Notes: generated from the letters alone by a model not told the origin. Positions 26,559 to 36,534 are shown, numbered from the stretch's first letter. The stretch: 64,000 bases of DNA from a virus (IMGVR_UViG_3300031788_000007:14983-78982), one strand, 5' to 3'. A program made the numbers and translations.

Positions 26559-29500
26559 ATGGCAGACGCTCCGTACCAGACGCAAAACTTTTTGCTCAAG
26601 AGCCTTGGGGTAGTCGCCCGTCCGGCAGACGACGCGGTTGATCCTGGGCATTATTTGCAACTCGACAGCCTCGAAGAGATAGAAGAAAACTCTCTTGCAA
26701 GTCGCCTTGGAACCACGATCTTAAACAAGGTCGGCACAGCCGCTATGCCTATAGCGGGGTCTTTTCTTATAGGAAATCCGAACGTCCATAGCCTCCAGAA
26801 ACTCAGTTCTATTCCAGCGCAAGGCAACGTTTCTGGAGCGTGGCGGTATGCTTCCAGAGGTGCAAGGCTCTACCGTATAGCAGGATTGAATCCAGGCGCA
26901 TATACGCTCCTCTCCGCTTCTCTTAACGGCCAGCCGTGGGGAAGCGCGGTCTATTCTCCGTCTGTGACCGGCTACCCTTACCTTTACATTGCCGACTTGA
27001 ACGGAATGTTGAAGGATAACGGTTCTTTGGCTGCTCCACAGAAAGCGGGGATATTCCAGCCGCAGTATCCCGTACAGGCGCAAGCGCAGCCGTTATCGGA
27101 GATTGTTCTTGACTCCTTTGTGGGTTCCACTTATGCGACTTCCGGAGTGGGGGCATTTACAGCAAACACCACAGTCAACACTTCGACAAGTGGTTCTGCG
27201 ATCGCCGTGACCGGCTTGCAGGAAGTTGTGTTTGCAGCATCGTGGAGGGATTTGTTTCAATCTCTAATCTTCGATGTTGGAGGGGCAAATCAAGAAACAG
27301 TTCTAGTTTTGCAGGTTACAGATACGGGATTTGTCGCCAACTTCACCAAGACTCACCTTACCGGGGTGACCGTCAATGAAGCGGGTTGGACGGGAACGGT
27401 TGCAACCTCGACCACGGCGACGGTGAGCAAGACGTTTGTGGGAACGCCGATTGCGGCGTGGCCGACGACACTGGACCCAGCAGACTACATCGGGCTTTCA
27501 CTGTACGTTGGAGATCCGAACGCGATTCAGTCGATCACCCTTCAATTCAATACGGCGAACGGGGCCTACTTTTACAGGACAATCGGCCAGGGGCCGCTCC
27601 AGCAGGCATTGAACGCCCAGACCGACAGTTCTACGGCCGCCGAGACTGCGGTGTTGACCGACACTCTCGGGGTGTACACGCCGGCCTCGGGAGGAGTGAC
27701 TTCACTTAACACGGTCCCAGGTTGGACCCCATTTCTGGTGCAGTTGGAAAGTTTTTCGGGAGCAGGAGGAGCGGACTTCAATGATCCTGTGACGAACTGG
27801 CAGAACGTCACGGGCTACCAGATAACGATTGTGACTGGGGCCGGGATAGCGACCACCTCATTTCCCATCACGATCAAAGCGGGGTCTTTGCTGCTTCTTG
27901 GCGGGGCCGGTCCAGACACCTTTGCCGGAGTGGCCTACGATTATCTCGTCACCTACTTCAACATCAACGACTACACGGAATCCAACCCGTCGATGTCGAT
28001 GACGAATGTAAATCCTCCATCGAACACGAACTGGGTCTACCCGCGGCGCCAGCCTGTGCTGTTGACGATCACGAATGGAAGTTCCGACACTCAGATCACT
28101 CACCTTCGGATTTACCGCAGAGGAGGGACACTCGGAGACAACTACCGCAGGATCGACCAAGTGCCGTTGACGGCCGGCACAGGAGGGACTCAGACCTACC
28201 TCGACATCTGGAGTGACGCGGACATCCAGCAGGCGGATGTAGTCAGTTTCACCAATGATGTTCCAGTCACATCTCCGCTTCCCGTTCCGATGAATAACAC
28301 TCTCGGATCGGCTATCGTCACCACGAATGGGGTTGTGACGGTAGTCTTGACGAATCAATACGACACATTGACGGGTGGTTTCACTGTTCCCTTATGGGTC
28401 GGACAACAGGTGAATATCGGAAATGTGGTGGCCGCGAATTTCGAGACGGTGATCGTTCTGACTGTTACCCGTGTAGGAATTTTAGGGAGGTTCATTACAG
28501 GGTTCACAGCATTTGTGCAGAACACTCACGCATTGAATGAACCTCTTTCCGCTACAGCGAAGTATGGACAGCCGTTCAACATCATGGCCGTGGCGTTCGA
28601 TCAGGGGTGGTATGCAGGCGACTATCAGAATCCCTCATATCTGTACTGGACCCCCAAGGGGAATTTACAGGCGGTAAGCAGCGCATCCTACGAGCCGGTG
28701 AGCAGCCCAGGCGATGGCATTACAGCGATCGTGGGGACGGCGGCCAATCTATTTGTGAGCACATTGCAGAGATGGTGGTCGGTGGCGCCAGGCAGCAACG
28801 TCAACTCTAGCCCGACAATCTATCCGACCAATGTAGATCACGGTTGCGTAGGGCCGAGAGCGTGGACGCTGAAAGATGGAACGGTATTCTATCTTGGGTT
28901 AGATGGACTCCGCACGATGCGTGGAGGTGGAGGGGAGTACATCTCTGAAATCATCGAGTTCGTATGGCAGAACACAGGGCCGACGCCTATTCCGATTGCA
29001 GACCCAACGCAGTTTGCGACCGTGCAGGCGAGTTGGTGGAATCGGTGGGTGTTCTTCAGCTACATCGCCCTCGACGGGAACCGGCACAGAATCATTCTTG
29101 ATGTGGACAACAAGCGGTATCGCTGTGATGACCTCGATGCCCATAGCATGTTCTTAGAGGAGGATACCGGGACTCTGGTTTGGGGAGACTCTCAAGGGCT
29201 TATCCACCTCGACCGGCAGCTTGTCCAGTACGACGAAACGAACGTGGCCGGAACGGTGACGCAGAGCCCAATAGCGTTCACACTGCAAACACCATACGGG
29301 AACCAGGGGATGCCGGAGGTCCAGAAGCAGTACCAGGAGTTCACGCTGGACTGCAACACAAACGGAAATCCAGTTGGAGTGACTCTTTCGTTTGACGATG
29401 GAGAAACGACGGAATTCATTGGGACTGTGACGACGACCGTGAGGGAGAGAATCAATCTCAACATCAACAACGGGGAAGGTTTTCAAGCGTACAAGGCGTC

Positions 29501-29906
29501 CTTGCTGTTGACGGGATCGGGAATAACTCGCATCTACCTATTCCAAGCGAAGTTGAAGTACCTGCCGCTGGCGATGACGCGGCAGAGCCTTGACACGTAT
29601 TGGCTTCGGTTTGGAACCGACGAGAGCAAGATCTGCAAGCAGGCTTACTTCGAGTACAACGCGGGAGCGGTCATCAGCGGAGCGGTCTACTACGATGACA
29701 GCCCTACGGTCGGATTTCCGTTTACATTGCCACAGTATTCTGGAATCAGAAACCCGCTTCGGGTTCGGTTTCCTGCCGTAAAATTCAGGATGATGCGCTG
29801 TATTCTCACGAGCGCGGCAGACTTCCAAGTGTGGAATGAGAGTAACTTTGAAGTAAAGCCGCTGTGCCAGGGGAAGGGATACGCTAAGTTCCCGATGATG
29901 CCGTAA
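26559..29906 (+). CDS. Tail tubular protein B / DNA stabilisation protein (gp10-like) with large inserts
   Basis: 1115 aa, T/G/V-rich; HGCVGP..GTVFYLGLDG beta-propeller motif; position before ejection genes. Confidence 0.7.
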   Translation: MADAPYQTQNFLLKSLGVVARPADDAVDPGHYLQLDSLEEIEENSLASRLGTTILNKVGTAAMPIAGSFLIGNPNVHSLQKLSSIPAQGNVSGAWRYASRGARLYRIAGLNPGAYTLLSASLNGQPWGSAVYSPSVTGYPYLYIADLNGMLKDNGSLAAPQKAGIFQPQYPVQAQAQPLSEIVLDSFVGSTYATSGVGAFTANTTVNTSTSGSAIAVTGLQEVVFAASWRDLFQSLIFDVGGANQETVLVLQVTDTGFVANFTKTHLTGVTVNEAGWTGTVATSTTATVSKTFVGTPIAAWPTTLDPADYIGLSLYVGDPNAIQSITLQFNTANGAYFYRTIGQGPLQQALNAQTDSSTAAETAVLTDTLGVYTPASGGVTSLNTVPGWTPFLVQLESFSGAGGADFNDPVTNWQNVTGYQITIVTGAGIATTSFPITIKAGSLLLLGGAGPDTFAGVAYDYLVTYFNINDYTESNPSMSMTNVNPPSNTNWVYPRRQPVLLTITNGSSDTQITHLRIYRRGGTLGDNYRRIDQVPLTAGTGGTQTYLDIWSDADIQQADVVSFTNDVPVTSPLPVPMNNTLGSAIVTTNGVVTVVLTNQYDTLTGGFTVPLWVGQQVNIGNVVAANFETVIVLTVTRVGILGRFITGFTAFVQNTHALNEPLSATAKYGQPFNIMAVAFDQGWYAGDYQNPSYLYWTPKGNLQAVSSASYEPVSSPGDGITAIVGTAANLFVSTLQRWWSVAPGSNVNSSPTIYPTNVDHGCVGPRAWTLKDGTVFYLGLDGLRTMRGGGGEYISEIIEFVWQNTGPTPIPIADPTQFATVQASWWNRWVFFSYIALDGNRHRIILDVDNKRYRCDDLDAHSMFLEEDTGTLVWGDSQGLIHLDRQLVQYDETNVAGTVTQSPIAFTLQTPYGNQGMPEVQKQYQEFTLDCNTNGNPVGVTLSFDDGETTEFIGTVTTTVRERINLNINNGEGFQAYKASLLLTGSGITRIYLFQAKLKYLPLAMTRQSLDTYWLRFGTDESKICKQAYFEYNAGAVISGAVYYDDSPTVGFPFTLPQYSGIRNPLRVRFPAVKFRMMRCILTSAADFQVWNESNFEVKPLCQGKGYAKFPMMP

Positions 29907-29913
29907 ATGATTG

Positions 29914-29942
29914 TTGTGGATAGGGAGGTTCGGAGGTATACT
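29914..29942 (+). promoter_or_regulatory. Sigma70-like promoter for the endonuclease gene
   Basis: TTGTGG-17-TATACT; downstream hairpin GCTAC-TGGAG-GTAGC encloses the RBS. Confidence 0.55.
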
Positions 29943-29999
29943 GAGGGTGTCGGGAGTGCGAATCCCGGCCAAGCCTAATCGCTACTGGAGGTAGCAACC

Positions 30000-31142
30000 A
30001 TGACACCCTCAAACATCAATTTAACACCTTTCACAAAACTGTGCCGCAAGGGTCTTCACGAGTACGACGCAACCAAGAAGCTCTGTCCTGAATGTTCCCG
30101 AGCCACAAAAGCATCTTGTCAATTGAGGAACAGAGAAAGATATGTAAAAGCCAACAGCGATAGATACTATTCAAACTATGAACGAAGCAAGGCAGAACAT
30201 GCGGAATATAGGAAGAAGAATAGAGAGAAAATCAACGCAAGGCAACTAAAATCTTATCATGAGAACTTAGAGCTAAGGAGAAAACAATCAGCTAAGTATT
30301 GCCAGAAAAACAGGGAACTGGCGGTGTGGAGAGCGATGGTTCTGCGCTGCACGGATACTAAAAATAAACAATATGAGGATTACGGAGCCAGGGGAATCAA
30401 TGTTCACAGCGAATGGCTTGGAGAGAATGGGTATAAGGTTTTTCTCCGAGATATGGGGAAGAGACCAAGCGACAAACATACTCTCGACCGGAAGAATAAC
30501 GATTTAGGGTACACCCCAGACAACTGCCGGTGGGTTTTGCCTATAGTCCAAGGAAGGAACAAAAGAAACAATCACCTTATCGAGTACAACGGAAAAACTC
30601 AATGCTTGTCTGCGTGGGCAGGGGAAGTCGGTGTGGGTTCTTCTACTCTGGCAAGGAGAATAACCTTCTGGGGTATAGATAGAGCCATGACCCAGAAACC
30701 GCGAATTGTGAACCAAGGGTTTCACCGTCAACTATGCGACCGAGGCGCAGCATGGTTACGCGACGAGAAATCGTGCCATACAGTCTTTACCGAGTGCGCC
30801 CGTAACGTGGACGAAAAACCCGACGCAATTGGATGGAGTGGTGAATCTACGTACCTCGTTGAATGTAAGACAACGCGTACCAACTTCTTCGACGATGCCA
30901 AGAAAAAGATGAGGTTACACCCAGATAGAGGTGTCGGTTTATTCAGGTACTATCTAGTCCCAAAAGGCATGGTTCTACCAAAAGACGTTCCTGAAAAATG
31001 GGGACTCCTGTACGATGGAGATGTAGTGCAAATAGTCAAAGAGGCTGTTCGGTTCGATGTGAGAAATATCGAAGCAGAGACGCACATTCTTTCTCCGCGG
31101 CCTGGAAGGTGGAAAAATGGGGCAAACAAATCAACTCCCTAA
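30000..31142 (+). CDS. HNH homing endonuclease fused to a PD-(D/E)XK (MmcB-like) nuclease domain
   Basis: YGARGINV, TLDRKNNDLGYTPDNCRW; EKPDAIGW...LVECKTTR...WGLL; AT-rich. Confidence 0.8.
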   Translation: MTPSNINLTPFTKLCRKGLHEYDATKKLCPECSRATKASCQLRNRERYVKANSDRYYSNYERSKAEHAEYRKKNREKINARQLKSYHENLELRRKQSAKYCQKNRELAVWRAMVLRCTDTKNKQYEDYGARGINVHSEWLGENGYKVFLRDMGKRPSDKHTLDRKNNDLGYTPDNCRWVLPIVQGRNKRNNHLIEYNGKTQCLSAWAGEVGVGSSTLARRITFWGIDRAMTQKPRIVNQGFHRQLCDRGAAWLRDEKSCHTVFTECARNVDEKPDAIGWSGESTYLVECKTTRTNFFDDAKKKMRLHPDRGVGLFRYYLVPKGMVLPKDVPEKWGLLYDGDVVQIVKEAVRFDVRNIEAETHILSPRPGRWKNGANKSTP

Positions 31143-31533
31143 ACCGACATTCATTGGAATTACGCAGGATCATCAACGATTTCTTAGCCAACTGACCGAC
31201 GCGACGAACACCTTGCTTGGGTACAACGGCACGATCCCGATGGTCAACACGCTCGATCTCAACAACAACCCCATTCAAAACGTAGCCGCTCCGGTAGCGC
31301 CCACAGATGCCTTGAACCTCGGGACGGCGGAAGCTAAATACGCTCCATCAGTGACCGGCCCTCAGTTGGATGTGGGAGGGTCGAACTCGTTGAAGGGGGT
31401 GACGTACCTCTACACTTGGAAGAACAAGGGTTTGAGCGTAACGATCACGACGGCGAAGCTGACGGGCGGGGGGACGAACGGGAGTATGACCTTCACTGCG
31501 GGCCTCTTGACCGCGCAGGTCCAAGCCACTTAG
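31117..31533 (+). CDS. Small tail-associated protein
   Basis: LDLNNNPIQNVAAPVAPTDA, TAKLT..GTNGSMTF motifs. Confidence 0.65.
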   Translation: MGQTNQLPKPTFIGITQDHQRFLSQLTDATNTLLGYNGTIPMVNTLDLNNNPIQNVAAPVAPTDALNLGTAEAKYAPSVTGPQLDVGGSNSLKGVTYLYTWKNKGLSVTITTAKLTGGGTNGSMTFTAGLLTAQVQAT

Positions 31534-31553
31534 GAGTATGCTGTTGTGGGGAG

Positions 31554-31566
31554 TCCAAAATTTGGA
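31554..31566. repeat. Dispersed palindrome copy 7 (extends to AGTCCAAAATTTGGACT)
   Basis: Intergenic, directly before the GAGGAGG RBS of 31580. Confidence 0.97.
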
Positions 31567-31579
31567 CTGAGGAGGGGAT

Positions 31580-32383
31580 ATGGGGACAGCAACATCATTG
31601 ACTCTGGATATGCTCAAGGTGATGACGCCAGATAAAGGTCTGGTGTCGGTCGGCGAGGGGCCTTGGGGAGAGATTTACGCCGATTACCTGAAGAACGCCG
31701 GAAACAGGAACATTGTTTGGAAGCGTCGGCAATTGGGTATGACGACGTTCTCTCTGGCGCGAGGGTTCTTGAAGGCCGCCGAAGGGAAGACCTGCATCAT
31801 CGTTGCCCATCAGTTTGCTGGAGCGGATTACCTTTGGGATATGGTGGAGACATTCATCGCTAACCTTCCTGCTCCACTGCCGATCAAGTGGAAGAATAGT
31901 CAGAAGCGCTATTTTGGATTGGATGGGCGCTTCCCAGCGCAATTCCAAATTGGTCACTTGATGATGGCTGGATTTGGATTAGGAATGAATGTAGACTTTG
32001 TTCACTTGCAAGAGTTTGCATGGTGGCCGAGGCGCGATCAGGAGAGGGTGTGGCAGGCTTTGGCTCCATGTCTAAAACCAGACGCCGAGGTAATCATTGA
32101 ATCCGCTCCAAAAGAAGAAGATAACGGACTGTTTGACGAAATATGGAAAGGAGCACCCGCATACGGATTCACCCGTCACTTCTTCCCGTGGTGGAGGGAT
32201 TCTCGTTACGTTGCCGAGCCCGTCGATCCTAAGAGTCTGAAGAAGGCCGAGAAGGAATTGATTGACGATCATGGATTGACGCTGGAGCAAATCGGCTGGA
32301 GGCGCAAGCAGTGTGACAGATTCATGGAACTCTACGGAAGTGAGAAGATGTTCAAGATGGAGTACAGTGAATCGGTCCAGTAA
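31580..32383 (+). CDS. Stand-alone terminase ATPase-domain homolog
   Basis: RNIVWKRRQLGMTT (Walker A region), IIVAH, VHLQEFAWW (Walker B), VIIESAP, FFPWW, LTLEQIGWRR, FKMEY. Confidence 0.85.
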   Translation: MGTATSLTLDMLKVMTPDKGLVSVGEGPWGEIYADYLKNAGNRNIVWKRRQLGMTTFSLARGFLKAAEGKTCIIVAHQFAGADYLWDMVETFIANLPAPLPIKWKNSQKRYFGLDGRFPAQFQIGHLMMAGFGLGMNVDFVHLQEFAWWPRRDQERVWQALAPCLKPDAEVIIESAPKEEDNGLFDEIWKGAPAYGFTRHFFPWWRDSRYVAEPVDPKSLKKAEKELIDDHGLTLEQIGWRRKQCDRFMELYGSEKMFKMEYSESVQ

Positions 32384-32399
32384 GAAGAGGGGGTAAGGG

Positions 32400-33002
32400 A
32401 TGTACGGATGGGGATGGTACGGAACGAAAAGTCTTCAAGTGGTTCCTGTAATGAAGGGGACGCCATGCTTTCTCGACGGCATGATGAGCCACTTGTATTA
32501 CGAGACGAAGCGGCTTGGTAAAATCCGGCAAACATTCTGTGGAGACGAGTTCTCGCATGACCACTTCATAGCCTACTTCGAGGCTCTGAAAACCGCTCAA
32601 GTTCTCTGCCGGGTGACCGATGAGGGGAAGTTGATTCCGGTCGGATACAGTTGGGTGAGCAATCCGCGAGGGGTAGACGGAGGCCGGGCCGCGCAGTGCG
32701 GGTTCTGCTTCTTGGAGGACGGCAGTTCGGGGAAGTCGAGCGCAAGGGACTTGGCGAGATTGGCTGTAGCGTATGCTTTCGAGGATTTGCGGATTGACAC
32801 AATCCACGGCGTCCAGGTCATCGACAACATCGCGGCCAGAAACTTCTCCATGCGGCTCGGCTTCAAGCCGGTAGCGGTGGTCCCTGATTACCATGCCATC
32901 GACGGCAAGTTGGTAGCGGCTCAGGTGATGATGCTCAGGAAAGCCGATTTTTGGCCTGGGTTTGTGGCGTGGAAAGAAAAGCAGCCGAAGGTGGGCGAGT
33001 GA
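32400..33002 (+). CDS. GNAT acetyltransferase-like protein (podovirus virion region)
   Basis: AYAFEDL.I.TIHG...DNIAARNFSMRLGF. Confidence 0.75.
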   Translation: MYGWGWYGTKSLQVVPVMKGTPCFLDGMMSHLYYETKRLGKIRQTFCGDEFSHDHFIAYFEALKTAQVLCRVTDEGKLIPVGYSWVSNPRGVDGGRAAQCGFCFLEDGSSGKSSARDLARLAVAYAFEDLRIDTIHGVQVIDNIAARNFSMRLGFKPVAVVPDYHAIDGKLVAAQVMMLRKADFWPGFVAWKEKQPKVGE

Positions 33003-33187
33003 ACACGATCGAAGAGAATCTTGACGAGAAGACGAAGGCCGCCTTGAAGGCGTTTCGAGAAAGTCTTTGCGCAGCGGCGAAGAAGGCGTATTCTGATTCC
33101 AGCATCGGAGCGAAGGGCGACTTCTCACCTACTCGGATTGAACATCCAAACGGAGCCAGCCCTTCCGATGTTTCTGACAATCATTAA
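32999..33187 (+). CDS. Small hypothetical protein
   Basis: GTGA overlap with the GNAT stop. Confidence 0.45.
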   Translation: MNTIEENLDEKTKAALKAFRESLCAAAKKAYSDSSIGAKGDFSPTRIEHPNGASPSDVSDNH

Positions 33188-33240
33188 AATCCAGTAGAAA
33201 ACTTCGCACAGGTGTCGTACCCTCCCTGTAGGAGTGCCGC

Positions 33241-34017
33241 GTGTCGAAACCTGTAAGTAGTGCCGGTGCAGAAGTGGCGCAGGACAACCTCGCTAATCAA
33301 ATGGCCGCTACGGGGGCCTCAATGACGGCGGAGAACCAGCAACTCTTTGGAATGGCTCTCCCCGGCCTCCAGCAAGCGGAGACGTACTACGGGACGCTGG
33401 CCTCTGGCGATCCGAACGCTTTAGCAAGGGCGAACGCTCCAGCGATTCAGGCGCTCACGAAGTCTACAGACTCAGCCAAGAAAAACATTATGCAAGACAA
33501 TCCGAGAGGAGGGGAACGGAACCTCGCCCTTGAGGAAGCGGATTTGTCGAAGGGCGCCCAGATCGGGCAACTGGAGACGGGATCGTATCTTTCATCCTTC
33601 GGTTCACTGGCGAGTCTGGGTGGTCAGAACGTCGGGCAGGGGACATCGGCAGCTTCGAGCGGGTTGCAGGGAATGAACGCGGCGGCGAACCAGTACGGAA
33701 ACATTCAGCAGATCAATGCAGCGAACAAGGCGCAGACGATGGGCACGGTTTCTGATTTTGCCGGGATGGCGATGGAAGGTGCGGCGATGTGCTGGGTGGC
33801 GGCTGAGTTGTTCGGTGGCTGGACTGACCGTAGGACGCACATGGTCCGGTACTGGCTCAAGAACGTGTACTCGAAGACTCTCATCGGGTCGATATTCTGC
33901 CGGCTGTATCGGCGGTACGGGGAGTGGACTGCCAAGCAGGTACGGACTTACAGGCCGGTTCGGTTCGCGGTCAAGCCGATCTTTGACCACTTTTTGATGG
34001 AATCTCAAACAATATGA
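33241..34017 (+). CDS. Ejection/pilot protein with C-terminal CFI-box-CTERM-like domain
   Basis: A/G/Q/N-rich N-terminus; CWVAAELFG...GSIFCRLYRRYGEWTA. Confidence 0.7.
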   Translation: MSKPVSSAGAEVAQDNLANQMAATGASMTAENQQLFGMALPGLQQAETYYGTLASGDPNALARANAPAIQALTKSTDSAKKNIMQDNPRGGERNLALEEADLSKGAQIGQLETGSYLSSFGSLASLGGQNVGQGTSAASSGLQGMNAAANQYGNIQQINAANKAQTMGTVSDFAGMAMEGAAMCWVAAELFGGWTDRRTHMVRYWLKNVYSKTLIGSIFCRLYRRYGEWTAKQVRTYRPVRFAVKPIFDHFLMESQTI

Positions 34018-34024
34018 GGAGGAA

Positions 34025-34783
34025 GTGATGGGTAAAGAGAAATACGAACCGATCAACACCGCAAGAGAAGATCAAAAGACTATCACCTTTGTGTGCTCTT
34101 GCTGCGGTTCCCTCGTCAGGTCGGACTACACAGACGCACACGACAGGAAATGCGGGACGCCTGCGGAAAAGGGGATGGATGTGGTGTCAAATATGACTAC
34201 CAAAGTTCTCGAATTAGTTGATGAGAGGAGAAAATCGGCTCCATCTCCGATACAAATATGGAGATTCCCTGAACCTGGGAAGTCCTATATTTTAGCGGCT
34301 GATCCCTGTACGGGGAGCGAGGGAGGAGACAATGCGGCGATTGAAGTGATCGACGCAGAGACGGGGGAGCAATGCGCCGAGTTTGCCGCAGTGGTTTCCC
34401 CGGAAGACTTAGCTCCCATAATCCTTGATTTGGCGCAAAGGTACAACAGTGCGGAAGTGGCAGTCGAGGTGAACAGCGTCGGGCTGATTACAAACAACAT
34501 CCTGATACGCCAATACGAGAACGTCTATCGCTATAAGCGCCTAGATAGGGTCAACCATACCGTGACCGATCTTATCGGTTGGTGGACGGACGTAAAAAAA
34601 ACGAAGGCACTGATGGAATCAGCATTCCGCGTAAGCGTTGAGAGGAATCCAAAACTGCTTAACAGCGCGGGCCTGATTGCCGAAATCCTTGCCTATGACG
34701 AGAATGGGTATGAGAAGAATGATCGGTTCTCGGCGATGATGATTGCTCAAGCGGTTCGTGCCGAAAGAATGGTTACAGTCTAG
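34025..34783 (+). CDS. Stand-alone terminase nuclease-domain paralog with N-terminal Zn finger
   Basis: YILAADPCTG, GDNAAIEVID, AVEVNSVGLITNN..IRQYENVYRYKRLD..TDLIGWWTD closely match 3..1070; CSCC...H..C N-terminus. Confidence 0.9.
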   Translation: MMGKEKYEPINTAREDQKTITFVCSCCGSLVRSDYTDAHDRKCGTPAEKGMDVVSNMTTKVLELVDERRKSAPSPIQIWRFPEPGKSYILAADPCTGSEGGDNAAIEVIDAETGEQCAEFAAVVSPEDLAPIILDLAQRYNSAEVAVEVNSVGLITNNILIRQYENVYRYKRLDRVNHTVTDLIGWWTDVKKTKALMESAFRVSVERNPKLLNSAGLIAEILAYDENGYEKNDRFSAMMIAQAVRAERMVTV

Positions 34784-34796
34784 TCCAAATTTTGGA
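34784..34796. repeat. Dispersed palindrome copy 8
   Basis: Directly follows TAG 34781-34783. Confidence 0.97.
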
Positions 34797-34807
34797 CCGA
34801 GGGAATC

Positions 34808-36514
34808 ATGGCTGTTGACACACCTCAAATCTCGATAGACCCGTATCGCTCTCAGGTTCCCCTCGTCCAGATCCCTCAACAGGACTTGCAGGGACCGCCT
34901 CCGCAGGGAGCCATCTACAGCAAGACTGGCGGGATTGCGACCATTGCCGATGGAGCAATGAAGGGGCTGTTGAAGGGCCTCCAAATGAAGGAGGAGAAGA
35001 AATACAAGACGGCCGAGGCGGTGATGAACGCCCAGGACGCTGGAATCTCAGCAGCAAAGAAGAACTACGAAGACCTCTTGACGACCGAAGGGGCGTGGAC
35101 GGTCAGTAGTGATGGAGTGGCGAAGACGCCGAACTTGAAGACCCAGGCAGCTTATGCGGCCTGGCAGACGGCAGTGAACGCAGCCGCAGCGCAGCGGCAA
35201 GCATTCGCTGTTCCCGAGAAGACGGCGAAGCCGAAGAAGGGCGAGAAAAAAGACAAGACGGCAGCCGATGGAGCGCCGGCTGCGCCGGGGTTTGGCGGCG
35301 CCCTGAAGCAATTCTTCGAGAGGAACCCGCACGTCCTACCGGAACTGACAATCACAGCATGGAAGGCCGGTCAGAACACACCCTACGGGCAGATGTCGCC
35401 GGAAGCCTTACAGGCTCAGAGGCAGAACACCTCCGCTCAACGGCAGGATGCGACCGAGCAGATTCAACTTCAAGGAGCGCAGCGGACGGCGAACGCTCAG
35501 AAGGTCTACGACCAGTATTCAGGGTTGAGTGCCGAGGAGTTGGCGAAACTGCCGAGGGAGACGCAGCAAGCCTTCCAAGCAGCCAAGAACGTCCTTGTTC
35601 CAATTCCAAGGGCGTCGTCTACAGAGCGTGAATACACATCTCCAGACGGAAAGCAGAGGGAGTGGTATATCCCAGGCACAGAACCGCAGGGGTGGAACGC
35701 TACGGCCAATCCAAGTTCGGGGACATTGAAGGTTGGGACGGAGCCGGAATTCACTTCTCAGGCATTGAAGGGGTACGGCTACACCGCTGACACTGCACCG
35801 CCTGCTTTGTTGAAGTACCTGCATGACTCGTGGGCCTACAAAGCGGCGCAAACAACCTCTGGCACATCCGAGCACATGGAGACGGACCCGAAGACCGGGG
35901 AGTTGGTTGCGGTCAAGACGGGCAGTTCGACGACTCGCGGGGCAGCGGCGCCAAAGCCGCCGGCCGGATTCTCTCCTCTCGGAGAGAATGGGCTACCACA
36001 AGAATCAGCCGCAGCGAAGCCAGCGGGGGACACCGCCTCATCGGCGGCCACGCCGAAGACTGGGAAGATGAGCAAGCCTCCAGCCGCGCCGGGCGCAGGA
36101 AAAGGAACGATGACGGCCGCTCCACTGCCGCCGGGAGTGCGTGACACCGGAATCAAATCACTAGCCGGAGTGCAGTTCGACGTTCACTCTGAGGAGTCAA
36201 CGGCGAAGTCGTATGATACGGCGACCCAAGCGTACAACAATCAAATCAACAAGAATCGGTCAAAGGCCGCGGACGCGAAGAGCTTGGAGGCATTGAACGC
36301 TACAGCCCGAGAGGACTACGAGAAGGCGAAGGCGAGGATCATCATGTCTAGGGCTGCACACATCAAGACGACCGGCGGTGATCCGTGGAAGGTAGTGAAG
36401 CACGGCGGTAAGGATGTTCAATTTTCTCAAGGCCCAGATGGTGTTTACGGAACGATGGATGGAATAAATTGGGTGAACATCAATACGGGAATGCCGTATT
36501 CTGGACAGCAGTAA
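34808..36514 (+). CDS. Internal virion / DNA ejection protein
   Basis: 568 aa, A/P/T/Q-rich, directly before the giant gene. Confidence 0.65.
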   Translation: MAVDTPQISIDPYRSQVPLVQIPQQDLQGPPPQGAIYSKTGGIATIADGAMKGLLKGLQMKEEKKYKTAEAVMNAQDAGISAAKKNYEDLLTTEGAWTVSSDGVAKTPNLKTQAAYAAWQTAVNAAAAQRQAFAVPEKTAKPKKGEKKDKTAADGAPAAPGFGGALKQFFERNPHVLPELTITAWKAGQNTPYGQMSPEALQAQRQNTSAQRQDATEQIQLQGAQRTANAQKVYDQYSGLSAEELAKLPRETQQAFQAAKNVLVPIPRASSTEREYTSPDGKQREWYIPGTEPQGWNATANPSSGTLKVGTEPEFTSQALKGYGYTADTAPPALLKYLHDSWAYKAAQTTSGTSEHMETDPKTGELVAVKTGSSTTRGAAAPKPPAGFSPLGENGLPQESAAAKPAGDTASSAATPKTGKMSKPPAAPGAGKGTMTAAPLPPGVRDTGIKSLAGVQFDVHSEESTAKSYDTATQAYNNQINKNRSKAADAKSLEALNATAREDYEKAKARIIMSRAAHIKTTGGDPWKVVKHGGKDVQFSQGPDGVYGTMDGINWVNINTGMPYSGQQ

Positions 36515-36534
36515 GTTGATAGAGAGGGAGTCCA

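Noticed and set aside
29945-29970. tRNA fragment or attP (GGGAGTGCGAATCCCGGCCA)
   Set aside because: Only a T-arm-like hairpin; no D or anticodon arm
34440-34620. Terminase paralog pair as a DGR template/variable repeat
   Set aside because: Differences are not adenine-specific, many fall at third codon positions, and no reverse transcriptase is seen
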